Below are positions 13,863 to 27,692 of a DNA stretch of 64,000 bases, piece after piece. The notes under the pieces were generated by a model, which was not told the DNA's origin, searched no databases, and worked only from the letters and a program-made list of their open reading frames with translations. The DNA is taken from the NCBI GenBank assembly GCA_951406725.2, contig OX597818.1, positions 110,174,001-110,238,000 on the forward strand, given 5' to 3'. The stretch is from Octopus vulgaris. Lineage: Eukaryota. The stretch's first letter is position 1. Every line of letters begins with the position of its first letter. A program made the position numbers and the translations under genes.

Positions 13863-14633
13863 TCTGATCTTTGCTTTCTTTTTTCCCAGTGGATTTTCGG
13901 GAATAACATGCTATTTCAAATTGATTAATGCCTTTTCACAAAATTAGCAAATCCTTATTTCAATTATTTCTCCACGCATTTTGAATAAAATTGAACTTTT
14001 TTGTTTTGAATATTTTATATCAATTATGTTCGTCATCGACGTCGTTGCGATGTTAACACACTTCCCACGTATTTGAATTAATATTTTTATATTAGCATAG
14101 AATAATATTTTTACATACATAACAATTCCACATATAAGCATTATGAATCTATTTTTCACAAAATTATCTTTAAACAATTTTATCCGTTTTATTTTGGCTC
14201 AATTTGGATCATAATAGCGTCAAGTGAACAGAATTTCGCTCGTAAAAAAAAACGAAAAGGAAAGTAATAATTCCAATGAACACAAGGTTAAAACAAAAGA
14301 CAAAATCACATGTATTTTGCATCCAAACATGCATTATTCATTCACGAAAAGCATTGTGGTTTTTCTGTTTTAGGTTCTGGGAGGCAACAACAATAACATT
14401 GAAAGTTACGCAGGAAAGAAAATCTTGGAGAGCCAAAAATACCCTAGTGAGGATATTTCTGCTAAATCAGCTGGTTTTGTTCGAATTATACAGAACATAG
14501 AAGAAGAAGAAGATAATGCTGGAGGCACAGTGATTGAATTGCGTTCATTAAGACTTTGACATTTCGCTTGAAATATTTCATTTCCGAGTGGACGAAACAA
14601 ATGTCAATTTAGATTTGTTTCATGAAAGGTAAA

Positions 14634-15238
14634 TTCCTTTCTACTCTAGGCTTATACCCTAAATATGGGTGAGAGGGGCCAGTCGATTAGATAGACCCCA
14701 GTACGCAACTGATACTTAATTTATCGACCCCGAAAGGATGAAAGGTAAAGTCGACCTTAGTGGAATTTGGACTCAGAATGTAAAGATAGACGAAATACTG
14801 CTAAGCATTTCGCCCGGCGTGCTAACGTTTCTTATTTTTTTATTGTCCACAAGGAGACAAACAAGAGGGGACAAACAAGGGATTAAGTTGATTACATCAA
14901 CGCCAGGGCGTAACTGGTACTTATTTAATCGACCCCGAAAGGATGAAAGGCAAAGTCGACCTCGGCGGAATTTGAACTTAGAACGTAACGGCAGACGAGA
15001 TACCTATTTCTTTACTACCCACAAGGGGCTAAGCACAGAGAGGACAAACAAGGACAGACAAACGGATTAATTCGATTATATCGACCCCAGTGCGTAAGTA
15101 GTACTTATTTAATCGACCCCGAAAGGATGAAAGGCAAAGTCGATATCGGCGGAATTTGAACTCAGAACGTAGAGACAGACGAACTACCGCTAAGCATTTC
15201 GCCCGGCGTGCTAACGTTTCTGCCAGCTCGCCGCCTTC
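14634..15238 (-). mobile_element. SINE family B tandem multimer
   Basis: Three consecutive units. Confidence 0.88.
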
Positions 15239-16880
15239 ATGAAAAGGTAAGAGAGAGAGAGAGAGAGAGAGAGGATAGGAGCAAAAGAAACTCCAATCAT
15301 ATACATTGCAATCTTTAGTTCGATCTTTCAGACTTCTTTGTTAAATTTTCCTGTATTGATTATTCATCTGATTTCTCTCAGATCGATTACAAAAGAATCT
15401 TCTTTTCTTGATAAATTAACGAAATTCGTGCTTTGGCAGAGTAAAAAAAAACATAATGGTTCATAAAATTACCGTTGAAAACTAAACAGCAATACAGTAA
15501 GAAGTCAGAACAAAGTTAGCAAATGTCCGGTTATATATTTGCCATCGGATGAGTTATGTAAGAAATCGATAGCAATAATACTGAAAGAATAGCAGACAAT
15601 TCTTAAGAAATCATTTTCCTCGCAGAACAAATTCTAATAAAGGATCTACAATGCTAATAACACCTTCTAAGTAGAAATATTCACGCAAAAGATTGGAAAC
15701 GTGCCAAACCATTTTATATTTTAACAAGCATTACTTGTGAGTGCAACGTTGAATTCGTCTATACGGAATATAACAACAACACTGGAATAAATAACATTTT
15801 AGCAGTAAATAGTTAATTAATTCAGATCAACAAAGCAACGGAATTATAAACACAATCACACACGTCCCTCACACACAGATACACACGTGTGCGTGCGTGC
15901 AAACTTTGGCTTATGGTAGCGTAAGAGGAAGTCACTGTGTTGCAAGCATTCAGTCCAGACCTCTGGCTACCATAGTTCAGATATTTGATATTAACCTGTA
16001 AATGTTCAGGTTAAGCGTGGACGGCATTAATCTCAGCAGCCTGGCCGAGACGCATAAGCACTCCACAGAAAAAAAAACAACAAATTATTCAAAAAATACG
16101 CACAATATTATTATTCTTCGTGGCGCCTAAGACGCCATTTTTCGTTAAAAAACAGCGGCGATGTATTAATAAGAAAATACGCTGAATATGAAATATGAAA
16201 GACAAAATTAATTCTTATCACAAGATTTTTTGTGATTCTCAGCAATTCATTATGTATTCAGAAAAGTAGATTAATTATACGATGTTATTGTTGAATTAGT
16301 GTAATAAGTAAGCAAGTTTCGGTTTTAATATTTGCTGAAAAGATAAAACCGTCGCTTCTCTTGTCAATTCTATGAAATAATAAATACAAAAGGCAATAAA
16401 ATGAGTTATCCAGTAGAATAGGTTAACATCCATACACAGTGAATCGGATAACTGTGGCCGCAAATCAAGCTCTTTCTCCCAGAGATCGCAGCCAGTTTAA
16501 TTTCAAATGTTAAAAACGCCAAGCTCGATACTCTCAACAACATTTCACAGAAATTACAGAAAGTTCCTTGTGACTTCTTCCTTTTCACTTTTTATTCCAC
16601 GTGACCCACGTCGGAATGTCCTCGAACGGATTTAGTTTACGAGGAAAAGCTTTGTTCTCATTCTTGCACGAGAATAACTACAGAGAATTCTTTGCCGTAG
16701 CCACAGGGCAGAGGAAGAAATACTGATGTTTTGAAAAGTTAACAACTTATGGCAGTAATAGTATTGCGACAATTGAGGGACCTTATAAAGGATAGAAACA
16801 ATGAGGTTTTAGATCAAGTGTGATATGAAGAAAAACAAGCATATAAATGAAATGGAATGTTATATAAGAATATTATATAA

Positions 16881-17458
16881 TGCGGCGAGCTGGCAGAAAC
16901 GTTAGCACGTCGGGCGAAATGCTTAGCGATATTTTGTCTGCTGTTACGTTCTGAGTTCAAATTCCACCGAGGTCGACTTTGCCTTTCATCCTTTCGGGGT
17001 CGATTAAATAAGTACCAGTTACGCACTGGGGTCGATATAACCGACTTAATGCGTCTGTCTGTCCTTGTTTGTTTCCTCTGTGTTTAGCCCCTTGTGGGTA
17101 GTAAAGAAATAGGTATTTTGTCTGCCACTACGTTCTGAGTTCAAATTTCACCGAAGTCGACTTTGCCTTTCATCCTTTCGTGGTCGATTAAATAAGTACC
17201 AGTTACGCACTGGGGTCGATTTAATTGACTTAATCTGTTTGTCATTGTTTCTCCTCTCTGTGTTTAGCCCCTTGTGGGCAGTAAAGAAATAGGTATTTTG
17301 TCTGTCTTTACGTTCTGAATTCAAATTCTGCCGAGGTCGACTTTGTCTTTCATCCTTTCGGAGTCGATGAATTAAGTACCAGTTGCGTACTGGGGTCGAT
17401 GTAATCGTTTGGCCTCTCCCCCAAAAATTTCGAGCCTTGTGCCTGGAGTAGAAACGGA
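16881..17458 (+). mobile_element. SINE family B tandem trimer
   Basis: One head, then units restarting at AAAGAAATA|GGTATTT. Confidence 0.88.
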
Positions 17459-18044
17459 ATATTACTTAAAAAGTTAAAGATACAACAGACAGCTGTTTAA
17501 CGGATTTCGGATATAAAGAAGCAGACGAGAAACAATCCTTCCAACAATAGGCTGAAGGCCGGCAATTTGAGGGAAGGGGCAAGTCAATTACATTGACCCC
17601 AGTGTGTGACTGGTACTTATCATATCCCGAAAGGATTAAAGGCAGAAATCAACATCGGTGGAATTTGAGATCAGAACGAAAAGCCAGAAGAAACGCCGCG
17701 AAGTATATTGTCCGGCGCTAACGAGCCAACCAGTTCACCGCCTCGAAATGCAAAAGTAATAATGGTTTCAAATTTTTGCGCAAGGCCAGCATTCTGAATA
17801 CATGGGCAACTGCCACAATACAATGCAACGAATTGAATGCCCTCACCAAGTACCGCCCGTTAAATCATTCAAATACACGAAACAATCATATCAAAGGGTT
17901 TTAAGGCATTTATTCAGCAGAAACACGTGTCGGAACATAATAGAGAGAAAAGGTTTTTAATAAATCAATTCTAAACACGTGCACGTCTCCACTCTCCACT
18001 TTTATGCCTTGAAGTTTGTGTGTGTGTGTGTAAAGATATATATA

Positions 18045-18345
18045 TCACCATGATCACCGTAACCGACCAGGCTATCAGATGTTGCTACACACCGCTGGTC
18101 ACAATGCGCTTCGCATTGTTTTAGCCTTCAAATGACGCCACCCCTCTGGCTAAGCGAGCAGGCCAACAGAAGAAAGAGTGAGAGAAAGTTGTGGCAAAAG
18201 AGTACAGCAGGGATTGCCACCACCCCCCTGTCGGAGTCTCGTGAAGTTTTAGGTGTTTTCGCTCAATAAACACTCACAACGCCCGGTCTGGGAATCGAAA
18301 CCGCGATCCTACGACCGCGAGTCCGCTGCCCTAACCACTGGGCCA
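18045..18345 (-). mobile_element. tRNA-derived SINE family D
   Basis: Minus strand GGCCCAGTGGTTAGGGCAGCGGACTCGCGGTCGTAGGATCGCGGTTTCGATTCCC head; GGTGAT tail repeat; flanked by TA. Confidence 0.82.
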
Positions 18346-19299
18346 TATATATATATAGAGAGAGGGGGGGAAGAAATGAAGAAAGAAAGAAAGGGATATA
18401 GGTAAATAGTAAACATTGGCTTTCGTTATTTAAATATATTTAAGTTCGGAAACAAACAAACGCCGTGATATTCTTTATGTGTTGCTATGACAGTGTCGGG
18501 TATGAAGCGATTCCCGATGAAAAGCGCTGAGTTATTTTTATCAGTGAGTTATTAAGAGGGTTAGTCACAGAGATAAAGATGAAACGATATTGATCGAAAA
18601 TCGTGATACAACTAAGCGGCAGCTCAAAAGAATATATAAGTGAATATGTGTGTATATTAATGTGTTTGTATGTATAATATCCATTACTTGTGTAATATGG
18701 CTTCCAATGCATTAGGATCAGATATCCAAATGTATCCACAAACAAACCCAAGTTATTAAGATGGCTGTTAAATATGAAAAAAATATGGTTGAACTCGATT
18801 GAAATGGATTCAGATTGAATTATTCCCTAGCGACAACCACAGCCAAAAATTGTATTCATTTCTGTATAATGTCTTCATGGGGCCGTAAATGGTTGAATAA
18901 CCAGAGAAAAAAGTGGGAGATAAATTAAAGAAATTAGATGTGGATATTTTGAAGTCTAACCAAACTTTAAATCGCTTTCATTATCATCTATCTTCGTTTT
19001 AAGAGAAATATTGGCTATTTGAACTAGAAAGATCATAAAGATGCAGGCAAGTAGTCTCATCATTCACTGAGAATCGTCTTTTATATCATCGTAATCATCC
19101 TCGCCATCATCGTTCTTATTTCCCGCCACCCCCGCTTCCTCCCCATTCGCCTAATCTTCATCGCCACCATCGCCTCCAACAACATCTCTAATTATATCTC
19201 CGCCGTTGTCGTCGTCCTCCTCTCTTAAGTTCTCCATAGATTGTTGATATTTCCTATTCATTAATCATTGGCGTCGTCTAATTTGAAAAAGATCTCATT

Positions 19300-19441
19300 C
19301 GTCGTTATCGTCGTCGTCATCACCATCATCATCATCATGAATATCTTGCTTTTCACCACCACCATCATCACCATCATCACCATCATCATCATCATCATCA
19401 CCATCATCATCCTGAATATCTTGTTTTTCACCACCATCATC

Positions 19442-19473
<32 letters not shown>

Positions 19474-19539
19474 CACCATCATCATCATCACCATCATCAT
19501 CACCATCACCATCACCATCATCATCATCACTATCATCAC

Positions 19540-19601
<62 letters not shown>

Positions 19602-19960
19602 CCATCATCACCATCATCATCATCACCATCATAATCGCTATCATCACCATCGTCATCACCATCTTCTTGAACATCATCATCACCAGCGGATCTCCGTTTT
19701 TAACATTGCGATCGTCGACCTCATCACCGTCACCATTACCCTTATCGTCAACATCATCATCATCGTCATGGTCATCCTCATCAGCTGCAGCAGCTGCATC
19801 CTCAACACGCACTGCCTCCGCCGTCGGCATCTTATTGTCCTGGTGGCTTCTATTGAGGCTATTTTTGATCAATCATCGTCGACGTCCACGTCTTCGCAAA
19901 TAATCAACGTCATCGATATGATCTTAATCATCATCATCACCATCACCATCATCAATATTA
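19300..19960. repeat. Imperfect (ATC/ACC)n trinucleotide field
   Basis: Direct inspection; includes a duplicated TGAATATCTTG.TTTTCACCACC interruption. Confidence 0.95.
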
Positions 19961-20134
19961 CGCTCGTTGTCATTTAAATCATCCGCACTCTCTTTCCCAA
20001 CACCATCATCGCTATCATTCCATTTATTAGCTTATTATATTTATGGTAACCACCATAATCTCCATATCAACACCATCATCATCATTATTATAATACATCA
20101 TCATCATCATCAACATCATCCACCTCCTCCTCCT

Positions 20135-20642
20135 CATCATCATTGTTTAACATCCGTTTTCCATGCTGGCATGGATTGGACGGTTTGACTGAGGACTGGT
20201 AAGCCATGAGGCAGTGCCAGATTCCAATCTGATCAGGCAAGTTTTCTACAGCTGGATGCTCTGCCTAACGCCAACCACTTCGAGGATGTAGTAGGTGCTG
20301 TTTACGTGCCACCGGCACGGGAACCAGTCAGGCGGCACTAGGCTCGACCACGCTCAAATTGTGCTTCTTACGTGCCACCGGCACGGGAGCCAGTTCGGCG
20401 GCACTGGCATCGACCACACTTGAATGGTGCTTTTTGAGTGTCTCCGGCACGCGAGCCAGTCAGGCGGCACTGGTATCGGCCACGCTCGAATGGTGGTTTT
20501 TAAGTGCCTCCGGCACGGGTGCCAGTCGGCCACGACTATGATTTCACTTGACTCAACAGGTCTTCTCAAGCACAGCATATTGCCAGACAAATGAAGAGTA
20601 CTTTTAACCGGGCCAGTTATACGGCGCTGGCATCGGCCACGG
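20135..20642 (-). mobile_element. Nin-domain-like SINE with RTE-type tail and internal ~66-bp tandem repeat; second copy 60412-60692
   Basis: Minus strand GGTTGGCGTTAGG..GCATCCAGCTGTAGAAA..CATGCCAGCATGGAAAACGGATGTTAAAC + (GAT)n. Confidence 0.75.
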
Positions 20643-21247
20643 CAACAATCGAGCAGAGCCATCTACATGAAGGGGTTTGTGATCTGTCTGCCCTTATACT
20701 TGCTATGACTTTGGTTTATCCTAGCTACTTTGCTACTTACGAGACCAGAGATTGTCTGCCGTTTCTCTGTTTATACAGCAGGCAAGGAGTCCAGTAACGA
20801 TGAAGGGCAAAAACTCAGAAACCATCGTCTACTGGTCTTGCCGACCTGGAGAGGAGTGATTCGCTCGTCGCACGCAGGTTGCGTGTCGTTAACCAGCTGG
20901 AAAAAACAAACGTTTTGCTAGGGTTAAAATGTAGCAACACGGTGCTTTATAGAACAGCCATGTTATAGTGGCAGAAACGTATTTATATATTATCCTTATT
21001 ATTCTTTATTTCACGTTGCTCCAGTTAATCGCAGCCACATCTCTGCAGGATGCCCTAGCCTCAAATATTCCATCATTATGGTTTTTTTTGTGATTTCCCT
21101 CTGCCTTATGTTATAGGACATTTATTTGTGACTGACAATATTCGCTAAACTTCGAGTGCCATGGAATTGCATTACATGACGAATCCAATTTCATTTCGAC
21201 TCTTCATAATCTTATGTACTCCTACTGAACTTACTATAAAATAAACA

Positions 21248-21433
21248 AGGCGCAACATTGGCTGCATGATAAGTAGCTTGCTTACCAACCATATGGTTCC
21301 AGGTTCAGTCTCACTGCGTGACACCTTGGGCAAGTGTCTTCTATTATAGCCTCGGGCCGACCAAAGCGTTGTGAGTGGATTTCGTAGTCGGAAACTGAAA
21401 GAAGCTCGTCGTATATATATATATATATATACA

Positions 21434-21505
<72 letters not shown>

Positions 21506-21682
21506 TGTATTTGTTTGTGTGTCTGTGTTTGTCCCCCCAACATCGCTTGACAACCGATGCTGGTGTGTTTACGTCCCTATACGAGGTTTACAAAGAATAA
21601 GTCCTGGGGTCGATTTGCTCGACTAAAGGGTGTTCTTCAGCATGGCCGCAGTCAAATGACTGAAACAAATAAAAGAATAAAA
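21248..21682 (+). mobile_element. SINE family A, full copy
   Basis: Colinear with 62107-62516. Confidence 0.85.
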
Positions 21683-22508
21683 GACCAAAAGCCACTTGGT
21701 GTCCTACCAATGCATTTTTCACAAACTTGGTCATCAGATTCGCTTCTACACAGTTCTTATTTCTTTACTGCCCACAAGGGGCCATACACAGAGAGGACGA
21801 ACAAGGACAGACAAACGGATTAAATCGATTATATCGTCCCGAGTGCGTATCTGGTACTTATTTAATCGACCCCGAAAGGATGAAAGGCAAAGTCGACCTC
21901 GGTGGAATTTGAACTCAGAACGTAGCAGCAGACGAAATACCGCTATGCATTTTACCCGGCGTGCTAACATTTCTGCCAGTTCGCGCCTTATAACGTTCTG
22001 GTTAATGTTAACGGCTACTTCTCAACCTATCATTTCAAAATCCCACAAGGCTACATAATAATTATTTCTAACAAAGACATCGGCAGTGAGAGCCATAACC
22101 AGACTCAACCTTCGTACCCTACACATCGTCGAACAATCACTAACAGCTCGTGCGTTCTGCTTCAAACAACAGTTAAATGTCCGACAAATTAGATCGTGCT
22201 TTCTTGAAACGCAAAGACCTTTTGGTATAATGTATCTGCGAGGAAAATAACATAATCAAGGCTGGGAGGTCCTTTATCCGATGTCTGGTCCATTAAAGGG
22301 CTCATCTTGAGACCATGTGTCACTAACAACAACAATTGTCTCTAAAGCAATATGTATGATAAGCATGGTTTGATTATTTACTTTTAAAATGGGTGAGAAA
22401 CTTACCTAAAGCTTGGGTAAAAATAAACTTCAGCGATTTTTCTGAAAATAAATGAAAGAAAACAATTAAAACCTAATGAACCCAATGAATAAAACAAATA
22501 ATATGCAC

Positions 22509-22621
<113 letters not shown>

Positions 22622-22658
22622 ATACATCATAAATACATACATATAATTAGCATACACA

Positions 22659-22845
22659 CAGGGTTGGTCAAAACCATTTAATTCCGAGATAAAAACAAAA
22701 AAAAAAAATATTTTATAAGAACTTCGTGATTTTAACTCACAGCATTCAATTATTAAACATTCATAATTGGAATCAATAAATAAAATTGAATTTTAAGTAA
22801 AAATGGAATTTTGATTTACTAACGGGTGACTTTTGGCCAACCCTG
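22659..22845. mobile_element. Tc1/mariner-type MITE
   Basis: TIR CAGGGTTGGTCAAAA / TTTTGGCCAACCCTG. Confidence 0.7.
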
Positions 22846-22873
22846 TGCATAGACATATACATATACATACTCA

Positions 22874-22928
<55 letters not shown>

Positions 22929-23239
22929 GTGTGTATATATATATATATACATAATATATATGTATATTTTCTACTGCATCAAAGTAAAAGCCAAAAACTA
23001 AACATCAACTTCTTTATAGCATATGCAGATGTGTGTGTATGTGTGTATCTATGTGTCTGTGTCTGTGAGTGTGTGTTTCTGGGCATGTGTTTGTATGCAC
23101 ATATCAATGCATATATATATATATAAGTTTATGTACATGTATATATGCATGCATGTATGTATGTATATTCTGATCAATGCAGAAATCATCCCACTGTCTT
23201 CTAATTCTCTTAATAAATATTCTGCTTGGGCTTGTAAAT

Positions 23240-23800
23240 TCAGTCTTTACTTGCAGCCAAAAATACCCACAGAAATGGCAAGTACATGAAAGATCTTACG
23301 GATCAGCTCAGCTTTGATGCTACTAAAACAACGTTTTTGAACGGAACAAGGGAGGTCTTTAGACATATCACTTATCCCTGTGTCAAATTCCACATTTGCA
23401 CATACGAGCTGGCTGTCATTAACCTAGAAGAACTGGATTAATGGCATCAGAAACTAATGTGACTACAATCCTTTTGACGGTGTATCACAAGGTTGCCTTA
23501 TGAACTAAGTACTAACCGCAAAATGATAACCTGCCAATCTAGACTGGTATATTTACCATAAAAGAGCTTCAAGAATGCCTAAAATTGTTAAGAAACAGAA
23601 AGACTACAGATTCAGCTCAACATCCCAGCAATCATTCCCCACAAACGTCTGATAGACCTCTATAACGAGACCTATTCAAACGTCAAAAGGAACCGTGATA
23701 AATGCGTGTTCCACTTGACAAGTGGCCTTTTCAGTACCATCGCACACTCACCTGGATACAGTGAAACTATTGTTCTATATGATATAGCTATTTTTCTAGC
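23240..23800 (+). mobile_element. Highly decayed LINE (RTE-like) endonuclease region
   Basis: Fragments RNGKYMKDL, ATKTTF, W.N, YNPFDGV in the expected order; many disruptions. Confidence 0.4.
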
Positions 23801-24020
23801 TTGTCGGTTCAGATATAAAAATACCAGCTTCTTTGAGCTGAGCAGAGTAGGGATTTATTTCAACAATTTGTTGTTGACATGTATGTCAAGATTGACTGAT
23901 GAAAGAAAGCTAAGAATGACCAGCCTTCTTTTTGCCTGTCCTAATTGTTGTTTCTCTTGTCTGCCTTTGTATCGTCTATCTGTCCGAACGTTTTAATGCT
24001 CTCTATTGCGTTTTTGTTCC

Positions 24021-24067
<47 letters not shown>

Positions 24068-24081
24068 TCAATAAATGGTGG

Positions 24082-24131
<50 letters not shown>

Positions 24132-25625
24132 CATACATACATACATACATACATACATACATGCATGCATGCATACATACACCCATACATACATATGCCC
24201 ACACACGCACACTCTGTGTATGTATACCCAAATTATGTATTTGTATACGCGTGTGTGTTTATGTGTGTGTGTATGTGTGTGTGTGTGTGATATTAGTATG
24301 TATAGACACATGTATAGGCTGGTATTCAATATAAGATATATGTTCTTGAGCTTGTGTGATTGTGTCTAAGTGTGTAAGTGAGCATGTATGCGTGCGTGTG
24401 TGTTGAGAGATTTCAAGAATATTTCATAACCGAATAAACAATACCGGCATGCAATGCAACAAAAGAATGATTCGTGATAATATAAATCAAAGCGCAGGTT
24501 TCTGCAAGAATTCTTCGCAGTCAGAAGGACTGACAGTTTGATGTAAGAATACGGGTAGGAATAAGGCGTGGGTATCTCCATTAAGATTCCGAAGATGCCA
24601 GCTTTAAAGAAATCTCTATGATTCAATATCACGAAATGAAGACGCATCTTTTCATGGAAGTTTCTGTTTTCAATATTTTCAATCTTAAAAATTCCAGATT
24701 TCGAAAAGAAAGCCTCAGTCTTATTTGTTCCACTGGCGACTCTATTATTAATAATTAGTGATACGTATAAAACTGATGATTTTCATATTCTTTGGATTCT
24801 TCGTGACATCATGGCGAAGTTTTTCATTGTAAACTCTGCTGTTCTCATTCGTGATTTTCTAAATACTTGAACATTTCTTTATTAATAAATACTCATGGAA
24901 AAACATGCTTAGAAATATTCATGAATATTTTATTACTAAATCTGTTAAGTCAGGATTATACAAGAATTTTCACAGTATCGCTAAAAAACTTGGATCATGT
25001 ATCTTCGGTTCGGAGCCGAAAATCTTTCGGGTCATCCGTCTGTTTTCGAAGAAATTGAGAACCAGTCAAGTACTGGAATCAATTTAATCGACAGACCCCT
25101 GCACTGAAAGGTATGATCCTATGCCCATAATATGTACGTGTGTATAGGTGTGTGCATGTGTATGTGTATGTGCTGGTGCGATGTGTATAGATGTGTTTCT
25201 GTGAGTGTCTGTGTGTGATTTTTGTTGTTGTTGTTGTTGTGTTTTATATACCAATAAGGCAGAAATATAGACGTCACTAAAGTGACAAAGGGTTCCACAC
25301 AGCACCAGCATTGCTAGAAATAAGTGTCAAAACAACTCAATAAACACAGAAACACTATCTTAATGTCTGACAAGGGAGGCAAACTCCCTACAGCTGCAGA
25401 TATAGCCAGAGCATCGAGGATTTCGCATTTTAATTCTTACGCATTCTTAATGCTCATCGGTGGCTCTCTCACCGCGCCTCGGGTTAAACTCAGCTCGCCT
25501 TGTCAACTTATAAGATCTACTTTTCTCACATTAGTGACGTATATATTTCTGCCTTTAGGCTGTAAGATTGCGAATTAGCCACTCATATTATAGTATATTA
25601 TATATACATACATAGAAACATACAA

Positions 25626-25697
<72 letters not shown>

Positions 25698-26457
25698 GTA
25701 GTTGACATTTACAGAAAATCAAAAGATGAAGACAGGTGTGTAAAGATGAAGCAGGTGTATTCGTTTGACGCTCGGGAAGGTGAGAAAGTCATTTCCGTTT
25801 CGAGACAGAAAGGAACACCAGAAAATAAACAAAGAGAGAATAAAAGAACTTTTGGAGTTAGCAGTCAATCATGGCGACTTTGTATGTGTGTATGTGTGTG
25901 TGTGCGTGCATGCGTACGTGTGTGTGTGTGTGTGTGCGTGTGTGTGCGTGTGTGTATTCATATTATTGTTTAGGCCTACACCAATCCCGACTGAGAGGGT
26001 CTTTGATGAACAGCCTTGTATTCGCCTCCATCCCTGTCTACGTGTATCTAGGACTGCATATCCTGAAGCGTCCTGGTTTATGACCTCAGAGAGACTTGGC
26101 TATTTCTGGCCGCGTTAAAACTCCAATATTCCCTGACTTTGTCTCTATGCTGTTCGTTACAGCTGAATTGGCTGCTATGATTACAACGGTAACATAAATA
26201 CATTTCGTGTATATAGGCGCAGGCGTGGTGGTGTGGTAAGAAGCTTGCTTCCGGATGGCACCTTGACCAAGTGTTTTCTACTATAGCATCGCGTACCGCC
26301 TTCAGTCGAACAAATCGACCCGACAACTTATTTCTTTAAGCTTAGTACTTATTCTATCAGAATCTTTTGCCGAACCACTAACCTACGGGGACGTAAACAC
26401 ACCTACATCAGCTGTCAAATGATTGTTGGGTGGGGGTCAAAAACACACATACACACA

Positions 26458-26528
<71 letters not shown>

Positions 26529-27660
26529 ATAAGGGTAGAAATTATTATAAATCAATTAAAACCAGTGGCCTAGCATATTTTTAAAAAGTCCGATTAAAAA
26601 TTATTTTTACACTTTGTTTTTTTGCTGAATTTTTTCTTGAGAACACTTCTTCGTGGAAAATGGCGATTTTGACGTCTATATCTAGCATATAGACTGTCCA
26701 CTTTTAGTGGTCAGTCCTCTAAACTTTGTATGTATATATATATATATATATAGTGGTCAGTCCTCTAAACTTTGTATATATATATATATATATATTTCAG
26801 TTTCCGTCTACCAAATCCACTCGCAAGTCGTAGGTCAATCCGAGGCTATAATTGAAGACACTCGCCCATGGTGTCACGCAGTGGGACTGAACCCAGAATC
26901 ATGTGGTTGGGAAGCAAGCTTCTTACCACACAGCCATACTGCGCAAAACTTTCATCTCTGTTACCAATTTACGGCAAGAAGCTCCGATACGTATTTACGG
27001 CAAGAAGGACTGCGTTCGCTGTTCAGAAAAGAGGTGAATGACCCAGCTGCAGAGAGAAAGCGTGACTGGTAACGAGACGAGAACGCTTATACCAACCTCG
27101 TTATCAAATATAACCAATGACATAAATTACCCTGCGCAGTAGAACACCATTAGAATTCTTCTACAGACAAGCAGAAATCATCGATTTTTTTACTAACCAC
27201 ATGATGTCGAATGCACGAGCCAAGCAACTGACAGCCATTTAATGTGTTCCGGCTTATGTTCATCATCCCCAAACTAATGCAAGTTAATTTCCAGCATCAC
27301 AGACCTGATATCGCATCGGCAACAAACCATCAGATTAATATGTCAGTTCTATAATTAGGTTCTCTCGGAGCTCGCCTTCTTTCTCAGTTATCTTTGGCCA
27401 ACACTGAACACGGGTAGAGAGGAAAGAAGCGGACGGAAAAAACAAAAACAAAATTCGAAAATATAAGAAGAGCAGGGAAAAGAAATAAATGGAAGATAGC
27501 AATTTAACGAAATAAAACATAATTGGAGATTGTGTTGTAACTATGTGTGGACGTCGTGAATATATATATATATATACACACACATATACACGAATATGTA
27601 TGTATATATCTGTGTGTGTGCGTTTGTGTGTATTATGCATATATGTAAATATATTCGGTG

Positions 27661-27692
<32 letters not shown>

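Noticed and set aside
14738-15070. Recurrent peptides such as MRNWYLFNRPRKDERQSRPRRNLN
   Set aside because: They are antisense readings of SINE family B.
20294-20535. CRISPR-like spacing of palindromic repeats (also 54420-54545)
   Set aside because: Whole units are homologous with no unique spacers, there are no cas genes, and the context is a eukaryotic transposable element.
20797-20822. SECIS-like ATGA..AAA..GA
   Set aside because: The spacing is wrong and there is no upstream selenoprotein exon.
24450-25080. Possible very old mariner remnant on the minus strand
   Set aside because: Only a vague PYS-like resemblance; too decayed to support.
26705-26778. 26-bp direct duplication TAGTGGTCAGTCCTCTAAACTTTGTA
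   Set aside because: Most simply slippage at a TA tract beside a transposon-like end, with no further structure.
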